A DNA stretch of 63,209 nt, the filler included, from Octopus bimaculoides (taxonomy: Eukaryota), in the NCBI RefSeq assembly GCF_001194135.2. It is 11 parts of 11 records of this genome, joined end to end, with 100 filler letters (N's around TTAATTAATTAA, not from the genome) between each part and the next. Parts side by side here need not be neighbours in the genome. Positions count along the whole stretch, not along the records: positions 30,968 to 36,119 come from NW_026332968.1; positions 36,220 to 41,055 come from NC_068989.1; positions 41,156 to 50,974 come from NC_068983.1; 8 more parts are not named here. One strand, given 5' to 3'. The notes under the pieces are model-generated. The model was not told where the DNA came from and did not search any database. It saw nothing but the letters and a program-made list of their open reading frames with translations. Shown piece after piece: positions 34,222-48,479 of this stretch. Every line of letters starts with the position of its first letter. Position 1 is the stretch's first letter. The translations under genes were made by a program, and so were the position numbers.

Positions 34222-34432
34222 GTTTCAAAATTTCACACAAGGCCAGCAAGTTCGGGGGAGGGGGTAAGTCGATTACATCGACCCCAGTGTTCAATTGGTA
34301 CTTGTTTTATCGACTCCCCTGAAAGGATGAAAAGCAAATTCGACTATGGTGGAATTTGAACTCAAACGTAAAGATGGACAAAGTGCCGTTAAGCAATTTG
34401 CCCGGCGTTCTACCGATTCTTCCAGGTCACCG
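34222..34432 (-). mobile_element. SINE family B, near full length
   Basis: CACAAGGCCAGCAA...GTCGATTACATCGACCCCAGT...GGATGAAAAGCAAA.TCGAC...GAATTTGAACTC. Confidence 0.9.
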
Positions 34433-35081
34433 ATTGTTCAGGTAAATAATGGCATACTTTGATTAGTCAGACATTAGTAAGCAAATTAAACTAGTCATTT
34501 AACAAGACTCCTTCGCCAATATATTTTTCCTTCCCCTTTTCTTTCCTTTGCTTCTCTCCATCTTATTTTCTCTCTTATTCTTATACCCATGGATTTCTTC
34601 TTCCTTTTCGTCTCCTCATTCGCCGTTCCTCTCCTCGTCATCCCATTCTATTTGTCTATTCGAGTAGAAATGGAATTACTCTAAATAAATAGTTTATAAA
34701 TATCTTTGAAGAACTATGGAAATAGTGAAAGGATTCTGCATTTCGGAAGCCATTGTCATTCATACGCGTCTCAAATATTTCTTTTACTCTTTTATTCTTG
34801 TACTTGTTTCAGTGGTTGGATTACAGCCCTGCTGGTGGCACCTTCAAATCAAGTACAGTACTTGGTTTAAGTTTGATACTTGTTATATCGATTCTATTTG
34901 CCAAACACATGCACAAATGCATACGCACCCCATCACACACAACGCATACATCACATACAACGCATACATCACATACACAGAGTTTCAGGCTACTGTATTC
35001 ACTCATATTACATTGGTGTAGAACTGAACTCGAAACAAAGTGGCTGAGAAAGGAACTTCTTTACTTCAGAGCCATGTCCGA

Positions 35082-35125
<44 letters not shown>

Positions 35126-35141
35126 TATATATATACATACA

Positions 35142-35177
<36 letters not shown>

Positions 35178-35730
35178 NNNNNNNNNNNNNNNNNNNNNNN
35201 NNNNNTATATATATATATATATATCGTTACTATTATGCAAAAGTGCTTATTCAGAAAACGAAAAAGTAGTTTCACCATTCCATAGTAAAACCGTTGTACT
35301 ACACTTTGACAATTTTTGATATCTTGGCATCTGGAGATATGATAATTTGACCAAAGAACCGGCTATTACAAGCAAAAATAAATATTGAAAAAAAAAACGT
35401 ATTTGGCCAAATTTGGACATATGACAGTTTAACATAATAGCAACGATATATACTTCGTTTTGTATCTGTTTTGCAAGTTTCTTTATGTTAATTATGTTAA
35501 AGCAAATTTTGTTGTATCTTGGGAGAGTCATACTACCTTAATATCAAACACATTCACTGGTTCAATTTCCACTCATTTATTATTTATATTTTCATATTTT
35601 TATTTTTAATTTTATATTTTTTATATTTTATATGTTTTATATTTTTCATAAAAAAATATAAACAATAGAGTGGAAATTGAACCGGTGAGTGCTAGATATT
35701 AAAGCAATATGACTCTCCCAGACACAACAA

Positions 35731-35772
<42 letters not shown>

Positions 35773-35836
35773 CACACACCCACAAACGCACATTCATATA
35801 TATTTATGTATGTATGTGTTTATGTGTGTATGTGTG

Positions 35837-35892
<56 letters not shown>

Positions 35893-35903
35893 CATATATT
35901 TAT

Positions 35904-36119
35904 GTGTCTGTGTTTGCCCCCTCCCCTCGCCATCGTATGATAGCCGATGCTGGTGTGTTTATGTCCCCGCAACATATTGCGGTTTGGCAATAGAGACCGG
36001 TAGAATAAGTACTAGGCATACAAAGAATAAGTCCTAGAGTCGATTTCTTCGACTAAAACCCTTTAATGTGTTGCTCCAGCATGGCCGCAGTCAAATGACT
36101 GAAATAAGTAAAAGAATAA
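35904..36119 (+). mobile_element. SINE family A, 3' half
   Basis: CCGATGCTGGTGTGTTTATGTCCCCG...GAATAAGTACT...GCTCCAGCATGGCCGCAGTCAAATGACTGAAA. Confidence 0.9.
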
Positions 36120-36489
36120 NNNNNNNNNNNNNNNNNNNNNNNNNNNNNNNNNNNNNNNNNNNNTTAATTAATTAANNNNNNNNNNNNNNNNNNNNNNNNN
36201 NNNNNNNNNNNNNNNNNNNCGTACACACACACTCCGGATAAGTTAACAGAATCTGCAAATGCTTTATCTAGTCAGATATAACTTGAATGCTTGCATTAAT
36301 TCTTGTCTTAGAACTATCAGAAGGAAGAATATTGCAAAATAAATAGGCTTTTGTGCGTATGTACTACAAAATTTTTCACAGAATTATATAAAAGTTTCTT
36401 ATTCTTTTACAAATAACTTTGCGCCATCTTTATCTAACACGAACGGCATAAAACTTAGATCTTCTCCCTCGACCCAGCGTTCTAAGACT

Positions 36490-36895
36490 TACAAATGCTT
36501 CCACCCGAATAATTGTGCATTCGTCCATGAATATACTTCTAAAGAGATTATTTACTGCGTTACTGCAGAAATGTACACAGTTTCAAAATCATACATTTGA
36601 TTAAACTTCGATTTTATTCAAATTACGTTACAATCAACATCTTTTAAACTTTTTGCCATCAGCTTAGAAGCAGGAACACGAGTTTATCTACATTTATCTG
36701 GAATCTGAAATTTAATAACTCGAACTATGATATCAAATGGAGATTAATATGCTTTGCCAAACCTTGTAACCATTCCAACAAGTTTTCTATACTTTGTATT
36801 TCTAAATGCTATGCAACATTATTTTCCCATCTCTATCTTCTTAACCACCATTCAGAATTTCTATCTTTTTGCCTGCATAAATGATTTAAAACGCT
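36490..36895 (+). mobile_element. Second Naiad-like Penelope GIY-YIG remnant, heavily decayed
   Basis: KCFHPNNC..EIIY..KSYI*L..KLRYNQH..TSLSTFIWNLKFNNSNYDIKWRLICFAKPCNHSNKFSILC..LLNHHSEFLSFCLH parallels the 2940-3381 protein motif for motif. Confidence 0.75.
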
Positions 36896-37252
36896 TAGAT
36901 TTTTCAAAACGTTTATCAGAGCAAATAGGAGAAAAATTATCAATGCGAATGTTTTCCTTTTCCCAGCGACATCTTTTCGAATATAATATTTCAGTTATAG
37001 TTTTGATTGCATTAAAGCTACACTCAGCTGGCTTCCATCGACCCAATGGTCTACTGGCTATTTAAGCACTTCCAATCTCTCTTAATAACTCTGCCCACGC
37101 CGATCGGCTTATCTGCTACCTCTTTGACAACCTCCTCGTTTTAGACGTCCTCCTCTCTTCCACTTTATATCTCCCTCTCTCGCTTCTACTCTGTTCATCT
37201 ATGTCCGTTTCTTCCTCAACGCCTTTATAGATACAACTTTTTATCATTATCT

Positions 37253-37415
37253 CAGGCGGTAAGCAGGCAGAATCGTTAAGCATGCCGGGTGAAATGCTTA
37301 ACATTCCGTCCGTCTCCACGTTCTGAGTTCAAATTCTGCCGAGGTCCACTTTGCCTTTCATCCTTTCGGGATTGATAAAATGCATACTAGTTGAGTGCTG
37401 AGGTCGACACAATCG
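37253..37415 (+). mobile_element. SINE family B, 5' part
   Basis: GGCAGAATCGTTAAGCATGCCGGGTGAAATGCTTA...CGTTCTGAGTTCAAATTCTGCCGAGGTC.ACTTTGCCTTTCATCCTTTCGGG. Confidence 0.9.
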
Positions 37416-37586
37416 AATAATCAATTCTGTCTATCTATCTATCTATGGATCGATCTGTCCAACTACCGTTGTTTCTGTTATGTATTTCCAATTACGTTTA
37501 CTCTCCTGTGTTAATTCATTTCTTTGTTGTATTCCTTAAACTGGTTCGAATCTTTGTGAGTTCCCGTCATTCTTTCGAAAAAGCAC

Positions 37587-37690
37587 TGCTTGGCCGAGGG
37601 CTATAGTAGTAGATACTTGCCCAAGGTGCAGGGCTGTGGGATTGAACCCAAATCCACGTGGTTGCAAACCTAGCTTGTCAACCACATAGC
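37587..37690 (-). mobile_element. SINE family A head
   Basis: TTGGCCGAGG.CTATAGTAG.AGATACTTGCCCAAGGTG...GGATTGAACCC...CCACATAGC. Confidence 0.8.
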
Positions 37691-39845
37691 TTTTATTTTA
37701 ACCGTTTTGAGCGTTTATGTGTGATGTCTGTATAGCAGCAACATTAAAATCAAGTTGAGATATGTTGCTATGCGTGACAGGAAGTGTAATGAAGCTAAAC
37801 TCTTCACCAACCAACTTGGCGGGAAATTTATGGTTGATGTTTAACTCGTTGTCAGTTCGGAACGAATGACCTGTGATCATTCTGTCTTCTTTGTATTTTG
37901 GAGATTATATTATTATATAATGATTCCCTCTTTATTTAATACGTTGGTGTATACTATTGCCTATACGAATAGCGCCAAGCCTCTTTTGTTGTTGTTTTTA
38001 GCCCGGCAAAACGAAATAAGTATTTGAGTCGATGTGTTCACCGTAACCATTCGAGGCTGTGCTTCCAGCATGGACCTCATCCCAATAAATGTAAAAACAA
38101 AATCAAATATAATAAAATACTTGCTCTGCTGCGATGGAGAAATATTTGTAGAAGTGATCTATTGCAAGAACACAACTAATGAGAACTAAACAACGAACTT
38201 TATTATTCCTCCCAAGGTCGACAGGAAGCGGTCCAGCTTCCTAGGGCTAAATAGCAGCAGTATGATTCCCTTATTGGGACTGTCACATTAAGTTGACGGT
38301 ATACAACTGCTTTATATAAAATATGATTCTTAGTTTAACTGCTGTAATTATGTCGAAAATATGCAAACTTAAACCGTAAAATAAACGTTCATGCAACTAC
38401 TCCACAATGCCTAAAATTATTGGCCTTAAACCAAAATTTGAAACCATTATTAGTAAATAAAGTAACGGGGCAGTAATTAATTTCGATGACTGATGACAAG
38501 TTCAAATCCTGCAGGTCAGGTTCGATATGGGTTTTATCCCACCCTTGGTCTGCTGAAAATACTTCCTACATTCAGTTCAATAGACAACAGGTACTCTAAC
38601 ACGTACGTGAATGTTTTCAGGTGCAAATTCTGTTAAGCAAGAGAAATTTATACAGGGTCAAAGGAATATCAACTGACCTGGGTACACCAAAATACAAGAC
38701 CGAAGCGAGCAAGCATGTCAAGAACAAAAAGACTCTTCGCTTAGTATAAACTATAAAATGTCTTATGTATGCTTTCGGTACTCTGGTTCGTTCATACTTA
38801 ACCTTCCATAAATACAATCTCATGTTTCTTCGTCTTCTTTTTGCATCACACTCAATGAAAACGTGCAAAGACATGTGATATGCCTTCATTGTTTTAATCT
38901 AATTCGGTCTCATGCATGTTCACTGCGAACGGTACCACAGGTTTTCTTAGATATTTTAAACTCATAAATAATTTTCCTGTAAGACTACACATATATTCTC
39001 ATCACATCATTGCATTCGAAAATAAAACTGATTATATAAAAAAAATGGCGAACTTCCAGTTTTAAATTGGNNNNNNNNNNNNNNNNNNNNNNNNNNNNNN
39101 NNNNNNNNNNNNNNNNNNNNNNNNNNNNNNNNNNNNNNNNNNNNNNNNNNNNNNNNNNNNNNNNNNNNNNNNNNNNNNNNNNNNNNNNNNNNNNNNNNNN
39201 NNNNNNNNNNNNNNNNNNNNNNNNNNNNNNNNNNNNNNNNNNNNNNNNNNNNNNNNNNNNNNNNNNNNNNNNNNNNNNNNNNNNNNNNNNNNNNNNNNNN
39301 NNNNNNNNNNNNNNNNNNNNNNNNNNNNNNNNNNNNNNNNNNNNNNNNNNNNNNNNNNNNNNNNNNNNNNNNNNNNNNNNNNNNNNNNNNNNNNNNNNNN
39401 NNNNNNNNNNNNNNNNNNNNNNNNNNNNNNNNNNNNNNNNNNNNNNNNNNNNNNNNNNNNNNNNNNNNNNNNNNNNNNNNNNNNNNNNNNNNNNNNNNNN
39501 NNNNNNNNNNNNNNNNNNNNNNNNNNNNNNNNNNNNNNNNNNNNNNNNNNNNNNNNNNNNNNNNNNNNNNNNNNNNNNNNNNNNNNNNNNNNNNNNNNNN
39601 NNNNNNNNNNNNNNNNNNNNNNNNNNNNNNNNNNNNNNNNNNNNNNNNNNNNNNNNNNNNNNNNNNNNNNNNNNNNNNNNNNNNNNNNNNNNNNNNNNNN
39701 NNNNNNNNNNNNNNNNNNNNNNNNNNNNNNNNNNNNNNNNNNNNNNNNNNNNNNNNNNNNNNNNTATATACACACATATATAGCGACTCATTTATCAGAA
39801 GATAATACAAAGAACATTATATACTTTCAAACACTTACACACGTG

Positions 39846-39878
<33 letters not shown>

Positions 39879-40481
39879 GTTCAAACGCATACAGAACACT
39901 CAACGAACGAACAATCAACCACCAACAGAAATAATAATAATAAAAAAACTACCATTTTCTCTAAAACACTGCTGCAAGACTTTTGAAATCCCCTTCCCAG
40001 CTGCTTCGCTTCCGTCCGTCCACCGTCACCGTAACTTGGAAGAATCTGAAGTAAAAGAGTTCTTCAGATCAAAGAATTGACTGCTACTACAAGGGAAGAT
40101 GATAGACATTACACACGCACGCGAACACACGGTTGTGTATTTATGTAGATGTATGTATGTGTGTATGGATACATTAAGTACATACACACGTATATACATG
40201 CAAAAAACGCGTGTGTGTATGCATCTATATTTGAGCAATTATATATCTACAACTAAAGCTTCTTCGAATTCCAGTAACTATTGAATGCTGATGACAAATA
40301 TATATATATNNNNNNNNNNTTATATATATATATATTTGTGTGTGTATGTGTGTGTATGACATATATATATATATGGGTCTCACACACACACACACACACA
40401 CACACACATTTCAAAATATAACCACATGTGAATAGTTGGCGATGTTTTTCTTCCGTCATGCTTTCTATTAGACTTACCTTT

Positions 40482-40517
40482 GTTTCCGAAGGAGAGCGTC
40501 TGCTCGAAGCGTTAAAC
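40482..40517 (+). ncRNA. Degenerate hammerhead motif in a Penelope pLTR-like repeat
   Basis: GTTT CCGAAGGA GAGC-gtct-GCTC GAAGC GTT AAAC. Stems I and II pair, but the core deviates (extra G; GAAG for GAAA), so probably inactive. Confidence 0.45.
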
Positions 40518-41009
40518 CATCTTTCTTTCCTTCCCTGAGTGTCTGCTTAATACTTTACATGTACCACATCCACGCGTTGTTGTCTTTTGTGTGTGTTCTT
40601 CTTTTTGGGGATTTACTATATATATGTGTATGTGTGTGTGTGTGCGTCTGTTTGTATGGGAGTGTACACGTATGCATATGTGTGTGTGTTTATGTATTTA
40701 TGTATGTATACATATGTGCGTGTGTGTCTGTGTGTGTGTTAGTGTGTGATTATGCACGTATGCACGTATGCATATATCCTTTTTTTCTTTCATTTTCCAA
40801 CTGGTTTCTGTTACTGGACTGCGGCCATACTAGAATACCGCCTCCCAGTTTTGAGTCTATTATATCAATCTGAGAAGTTTGTCACGTGATTATTTAATCT
40901 TCTCGAATATGAAAAGCAACGCCACCAATGCGTAAGAGGGTGTAACCGAGATGGATCCAAATATCCCAAGGTATTTTTGTTGATTATGCCATCACACACT
41001 GATATATAA

Positions 41010-41055
<46 letters not shown>

Positions 41056-43559
41056 NNNNNNNNNNNNNNNNNNNNNNNNNNNNNNNNNNNNNNNNNNNNT
41101 TAATTAATTAANNNNNNNNNNNNNNNNNNNNNNNNNNNNNNNNNNNNNNNNNNNNGAATGAGAAAGCTGAAGTGCGTACTAGAAAAAGTTAGATTAATTT
41201 AACAATTTCATCTAAACTTGTCGCTGGTCATATACCAATGTCATCAAGCAGAAATTAATCATGAATACGGATATAACGATGGCTATTTTGAATCCGTTGA
41301 TAAAATAAGACTTTGCCTAAGCTGTATCTTGATTTCATAATCTGTATGTTGGGCTCTAAATATGTATCTAAAATGCAATGGTGGTAACACCAGTTGTGAG
41401 CCGTAAATAATGAGTGAGAGAAAATACGTGACAAATCTAGATGTTTGGATTATAAGTACTGTCTATTTCACTAGCTTTCTGTGTGACACACTCGCTCATA
41501 CATCTTAGGACAACGGGAAATCGTTGTGTTAACTACCTATTTTTTCAGCTCATCACTCAATGAGAGAGATCGAACACGTGGTGCTACGGTTGTGAATCAA
41601 CATTTTTAGTCATGAGAACATATCTACACGAGTACAAATATATATAGGTGTAAATGTAATTGTACATCTATATATTTTCCTGTCACTCGCTATTAGCCTT
41701 CATTCAATATCTTCCTATGAGATTTTATGACAGTCTTTCTTCTAGAAGTAGATTATATGTGTGTATGTTCATATATCGATATTTCTCTCTCTACATTCAT
41801 ATTGATACACACACACATACATATTTATATGTATATATATGCATACACACACACATCATATACACACATCATACACACACACATATATGTATGTACACAG
41901 TGACAGAGAGGGGAAGAGAAAGAAATATAGTAGGCGCTGTACTTTAAATAATGCTGTTTATATAAACGGACATCTTTAGAGATATATCTTGTCATATGCC
42001 AATATTTACCTACTCAATAAATGTTAGAAAAATTATATTCCACTACTTTCTCAACTTCAAAATATATGATAACATTAACTTATAAACCTTCCCCTCTGTT
42101 CATAAGTCTTTTATTACAATTTGTACTTTGAACATTTATTGTGAACAGAATTTGTTTATCATATACTTTTTACTGACTTGCTGGTTAATAGCATTTTGTT
42201 AGGCAGTATTTCACACACAAGTGCAAACGTTCACTCACACACCCACATACACACGCATGCACACCATTCCGTTCATGCCTTTTCTCCCATATTACTCCCT
42301 AACTTTTTCTGTACCCGCATTCATTCACTTCGACAGAATTTGTGTCTTCATTTCCGCTCATTCTATCTCACTACCCAACTTTATTTCTAACTTAGCATAC
42401 TATGTGAACAAATGTTGTAAATTAGATGTTGCTCCTGTTTCTATTTCTCCTTTCTATCTTATTACTTTTACTTTTCTTTGATAACAGCTTATATATGAGA
42501 GAGTAGATACACTTTAGTTTTTATATTTAGCGTATTTCTGCCCATAATACAGATATTTTTTAACGAAGTTTCGTTTAGTTATCTATATTCTTCGTACAAG
42601 ATCATAAACGTATGATGTAGGAGAATACCTCCTACTTGTGCTGTGTTTACGTTAAATGTAACACGTGTTTTTCATATGCCGTTTCATATATTATAAATGA
42701 ATTTACCTACTAATCTTTCCCGATTTACTTGTATATACTATAATAAATATTATGAATAAATATATGTTTATACTTATGTATATATGCATGCATTACTATC
42801 AATATGTATCCCTCCATGTTTTTTCGTAAATTTGAGCAAATTTTCCTCTCCCCATTTTATATATTTTTTTTTTCAGATTCACTAGCACACGATATGTTAC
42901 GTCACTGATTCTGTCATCTTGTGGGCTATTTTACAAATTTCGCATCTCAGAGGGAGTGATAGTTTGAATTGCATCTATTCCATATCGACAACAAAACCAC
43001 TTTCAGTATGAAATCTCTGCATGCTGACTCAAGATGAAGTCAAAATCCTAATAGTACCTGGAACATTAGCATATCCAAAGTACTCTGTAGTATCGAGTTT
43101 GGAATAGAATTGCATACTCTCCGGCTATTCTACCAGCCTCTGTCAAATAACCTACCTCCTGTAATAACACCCATTTTGTCATCACAGTTTTCTTTTCATC
43201 TATCAAGAGTCATTCAGTACATCCTACAACTTATTTCTTTCCAACTGTGAGGATATTAATATTACGTGTTTCTGGATTAGACTGGCTATTTATATTTTAT
43301 TAATGAAAAATTGCTGGAATTGACCAGTACATTTTCAACAGGTGAGTGGAAAATTTGGAGTGTACCAGTTTGTTTCCGCAAGTGTTATCCGACTTGGTAT
43401 ATTTATCTCTCCACTGAAAATTGGCGGGTAAAGAACAATAAGATACCACTGATAAATATTAAGATTCTTATACTATTGTGCAATAAACAATAAAATAGTT
43501 TCCTGATACATTCCTGTCAGGAAATATTTGTATCAAATTCTCTTAAAATAAAAAAAAAA

Positions 43560-44450
43560 AACATATTATTTGTGGCGAAACCGCAAATTATATATTTTTA
43601 CTTTAAGATATGTTTCGGATTTCTTGGAACCACCTAACGGGGGGATTAAAATCTCTTGCTTCGCTTAAGATTTTTCTTCTCAACAAATCTGCGTCTTTCC
43701 AGGTAGGGGCCCATTCTAAAATGTATTGATTATCCCCTTATGTCACTGTAGATTTCTGATAGTTTCCGAATAAATCTTTCGTTTATATATTTTCAGCAGC
43801 TCTCTTGTGTTATCAGAATGTATCGGATACGGCTTCCAGTTCTAGTTTGAGAGGGATTACTATGTATTTCAGTGTTAACTTTTCGCTATCTCCAAACATC
43901 TTTTTTTCTTTATTGCTTTCACATTTTGTGGACGGTAAAATTACTTACCTGTTTATATGTGATAAGTAACGCCATATGACTAATCATTTTCTGTAAATCG
44001 ACGACTATTTTTCCTATTTTAAAACGCACACTTTAGCAATTTTTATTGTTTTGCGTTCTTTAGCTTTTACGTGTTCCAAAAGTTTTGTTTTGCAACCATT
44101 CAGGGGAAATATAAACAAGTATGAATTTGCCAAATTGAAGTATCTTTTATTGTTGCTAATATTGCATCCTGATGTTATTAATCATTATTAAATCCAGTTC
44201 ATTTCTTTATTTCTATTCGTGCGAGTTAGATATTAGTTCCTACAGGGTAGTTTTAAAACTGCAATAATCTTCTGTTGAAAGACTTCATTAAAATACCCGT
44301 CAGTTGTTTACACTCCTCTCTCTGCCAATAAATTGAATACTTTTTCCTGTTCTTTACTATATTTTTTACAGCATGTTGGAAGTTCATCTAGGGTGTGCGC
44401 TGGCTCAGAGCATATACCTCTAAGTTTAGAATAGTAGTAACACGCGTTAT
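43560..44450 (-). mobile_element. RTE-clade LINE, 3' part of RT region, heavily decayed
   Basis: Fragments LQFGKF..YISP.GCKT and DNTRELLKIYKRK..ILE.GPLPGK resemble RTE RT C-terminal motifs; many stops and frameshifts. Confidence 0.5.
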
Positions 44451-45589
44451 TGAATTATAATATCTAGTGTGGAAGAATACCTCATATTTGTGCAGCGTTG
44501 ACGTTTTCGGAAAAAAAAAGAATTAAGCAGATTNNNNNNNNNNNNNNNNNNNNNNNNNNNNNNNNNNNNNNNNNNNNNNNNNNNNNNNNNNNNNNNNNNN
44601 NNNNNNNNNNNNNNNNNNNNNNNNNNNNNNNNNNNNNNNNNNNNNNNNNNNNNNNNNNNNNNNNNNNNNNNNNNNNNNNNNNNNNNNNNNNNNNNNNNNN
44701 NNNNNNNNNNNNNNNNNNNNNNNNNNNNNNNNNNNNNNNNNNNNNNNNNNNNNNNNNNNNNNNNNNNNNNNNNNNNNNNNNNNNNNNNNNNNNNNNNNNN
44801 NNNNNNNNNNNNNNNNNNNNNNNNNNNNNNNNNNNNNNNNNNNNNNNNNNNNNNNNNNNNNNNNNNNNNNNNNNNNNNNNNNNNNNNNNNNNNNNNNNNN
44901 NNNNNNNNNNNNNNNNNNNNNNNNNNNNNNNNNNNNNNNNNNNNNNNNNNNNNNNNNNNNNNNNNNNNNNNNNNNNNNNNNNNNNNNNNNNNNNNNNNNN
45001 NNNNNNNNNNNNNNNNNNNNNNNNNNNNNNNNNNNNNNNNNNNNNNNNNNNNNNNNNNNNNNNNNNNNNNNNNNNNNNNNNNNNNNNNNNNNNNNNNNNN
45101 NNNNNNNNNNNNNNNNNNNNNNNNNNNNNNNNNNNNNNNNNNNNNNNNNNNNNNNNNNNNNNNNNNNNNNNNNNNNNNNNNNNNNNNNNNNNNNNNNNNN
45201 NNNNNNNNNNNNNNNNNNNNNNNNNNNNNNNNNNNNNNNNNNNNNNNNNNNNNNNNNNNNNNNNNNNNNNNNNNNNNNNNNNNNNNACAGAAGGATATTT
45301 TGTATGTATGTATGTATGTATGTATGTATATATGTACGTATGTACGTACGTATGTGTAAGTATGTATGTATGTATGTATGTATATGAGCAAATTTGTATG
45401 TTTTCTTTTATGTATGTATTCTCATTCATATAGTTTCATATCTTGACATGCTCATATATATTTAAATGATAAACTGCTGGAAAGTCTTACAGATTTTTAC
45501 AGTTCCAATGATGGATTGGTTCTGTAATCTTCGAATTAACTTACTCCTTTCTAGTTTTCAGAAGCCTAATTTCTCAAGAGTGATATTTA

Positions 45590-46632
45590 GGCAGCGTGTG
45601 ACATATCCCAGGACCCAATAATTACAGCTACAAACCCGAACTTGTAATCTGGATCAAAAGTTTAGTGGAGGTATTCTCTCTTGCACTGATATTCAGCTTT
45701 ATGTTAACACTCGCTGGGCAGCTAATACACAGTCTCTCCTCTCAATCCAAAATCATTATATCAGGTCTGTTGTGCTTACATTTTATTGGGGTTTTCAGGT
45801 GGACCATTCCACCAGTACTTCTTTTTATTATTAGTGGCTATGACTTCTACCATACTGTGGGTTCTTATTTTTTTGTCATAGGGTTACCCTTCCGACGGAT
45901 TACATTATAGAGTGCCCTAGCTACAATATTATGTCTATTCGTAAGATAATATCGTGATAATATTTTGGATAACTAATCATAATGTGGGTAATATCTTCGG
46001 TGCTCACTCCTCCAAGTCTGCATCGGTTGTCACATTTTACTGCTTTGCCTACATCTTTGATTCTCTGTGCATCAGGTATTTGGCTGATATTTCCTGTTCC
46101 TGGATTGCAAACCGTTACCTTTCATAGTGGGAGTAAGTAATCCAGTTATTGGTCCCCAAAGGACAGCTTTCATGATCAATGATACTATCGTCTCGGAGCA
46201 TTATATCAACATATCTTCTACTCGTATTTGCTCATCCTTTCATTTGATGAAACTTTGCGGTTGAGTCGTGCGACTTCTTTCGGCATGTATTGGAGGTTAT
46301 GAGACAAGGTATGTTGCTCAAGGAGCTGCCTTCCGAGTCTTATGTTATCAGCCTCAAGCATGTAAATTTGGTCAAGGAATGCACTTCGAAATTCGGTGGT
46401 TAAAAGGGTGCCGAAGGGATATGATAGGGCATTCATAGGCATTTGGATCGATGTTAAGCCTCTGCTGCTTTGTCTTCGTTTTAGGTAGATGCGATCTAAT
46501 GATGTAGAAATTATGTGTGCTTGTTAGTATCTTCCGGGTTGTCCCATCAATGGTACGGATATCATCAAGTGTCCAATCAAGTTGCCCAAATGTTAGTATG
46601 AATACTGGCACTTCAAACACAGTGTGGGCCAC
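45590..46632 (-). mobile_element. R4/NeSL-type non-LTR retrotransposon 3' fragment with zinc knuckle and restriction-like endonuclease
   Basis: VPVFILTFGQLDWTLDDIRTIDGTTRKILT, CRLGG..EDITHI..RHNIVARALY, KYWWN..IKCKHNRPDIMILD..CPAS and VIIGS are motifs of RLE-encoding LINEs. Confidence 0.85.
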
Positions 46633-48167
46633 TGTTTTATTGAATGTAGAGTGTTCTCAAACCCAAATTTTATTTATTCTGCTGTAATATTATTTAGTGT
46701 ATGTATGTATATATTTATGTATCGATGGATGAAATTATATATGTATGTATTTATTTTTATATGCATGTATATACGTACGTGTGACTGTATGGATTTACGC
46801 ATGTATGCATATATGTATGCATGCATGCATATATATATGTACAACAGGCTTCTGTGTATTTTAAGTTTGCCGCGTTCATTTCAAGGGCACATGTCAGAGG
46901 AGTGGTAGAGTAGAAGGCATCCACAGTCAAACTGAACCTGGAAAGATATAAACTCATGCTTGTGATTGCGCACACGTATATTCATCGTTTACATCGAAGA
47001 ATAAAGCTTGTAACCATTCAACACTCAGAGCGCTAACATATTTCAGGTCAGATTTATTTCAGGAAGAGTGAAAATTCTCCTCGCACTGCTTCCAACTGGC
47101 TACCCAATATAATTTCTCTGCAGATACTGGACAAAATTAGTTCTACGTCATGCACTACATTTTAAGCGAATTCAAATCGCTTTGTGTATAAATAGCTGGT
47201 ATGGATTTTCTACAACGTAACTGATTCTATTTTAACACACAGGTCTCAGACCAACTCACTAAACAAGATCAACTGCAATAAATTCTTTCTTTTTCTTTTT
47301 CTCTCTCTCCCACTCTATCTATCTCCACCCCATTTGGCACAGCCACACACACACACACAGACACACACACATACACACACACACGCAAGCACGCCTCCCC
47401 CCAACACAAACATATGTATGTATATAAATTCGAGTTCATTGATTGACTGAATAGGTGACAAGCTACAAATTGCAAATGGTTTCAATAGTTATCTTCATAT
47501 GTATTTCCGTAAATATCGAAATTAATTGTTGTTAAAGAAGTTGTCATAACTGACTTAACAAGTAATTGAGATTTCGATACTGCAGAATAATGAGAAAGAC
47601 AGTGACTTTATTACTCATTCTGCAAAATCTTCGTAATTAAAAGATGAAGAATAAAGAGGACTATAGATAATTAATTTCATAGTCACTATGTCATGTGTAT
47701 GATGATTATTTAATAGCAGCATTGACAAATTGAAATTATACTATATTGTCTTCCAAATTATTTTGGAGGCGTGTCTGTGTGATAAAAACATTACTTCATA
47801 TATATNNNNNNNNNNCACACATATACAATTCAAAGTTACAGAAAACGAAAGACGAAGACAAATGAAAGAACACCAAGCAGGTGTAATTGTCTAACGCTGA
47901 GGGGGATTGGAAATGTCTATATATGTATGGATTTATATCTATATGTGTGTGTGTGAGTGTGTGTGTGTCCTATATTTTTCGTATGAAATATATGATTGCT
48001 TAGACATGCTCAAGTCAAACACGAGACGTTAGGCAGATATGAAAAAAGAAATGAAAAAAGAAATGAAAAAATTCAGATTAGGCAAACCGCTATCAAAACA
48101 TATGTGTGCGGACTTCATCAAGATAAAATTTGTCAAAATTTAAACATATATTCTTTTAGCCACTAGA

Positions 48168-48350
48168 CACAAGACCCGATTTTTTATGGAGGATGACAGT
48201 CGATTAGATCGACTCCAGTACGCAATTTTATCGATTTTGCAAGGATGAAAGGCAAAGTCGACAGAATTTGAACTCAGAACATAAAGACAGACAAAATACT
48301 GCCAAGTATTCCGTCCGGCGTGGTAACACCTCTGCCAGCTCGCCGCCTTT
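48168..48350 (-). mobile_element. SINE family B
   Basis: GTCGATTAGATCGACTCCAGTACGCAA...GGATGAAAGGCAAAGTCGAC.GAATTTGAACTCAGAAC...CTGCCAGCTCGCCGCC. Confidence 0.88.
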
Positions 48351-48479
48351 GAAGTTAAAGCATATATTAATATATTAAACTTAGAAACATAAAGGAATAT
48401 TAAAGAATATAGATGATAACGTTTTTAAAAGATTTGAAAATATAGTGAAACGTTAATATTAGTTGTCTACTAAGGTTTC

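Noticed and set aside
38621-38749. Plus-strand open stretch after TTTTCAG (VQILLSKRNLYRVKG...)
   Set aside because: No good donor site, no recognisable protein.
47124-47198. 75-nt plus-strand segment between CAG and GTATGG, open in one frame (YWTKLVLRHALHFKRIQIALCINS)
   Set aside because: No recognisable homology or partner exons; such matches arise by chance in 63 kb.
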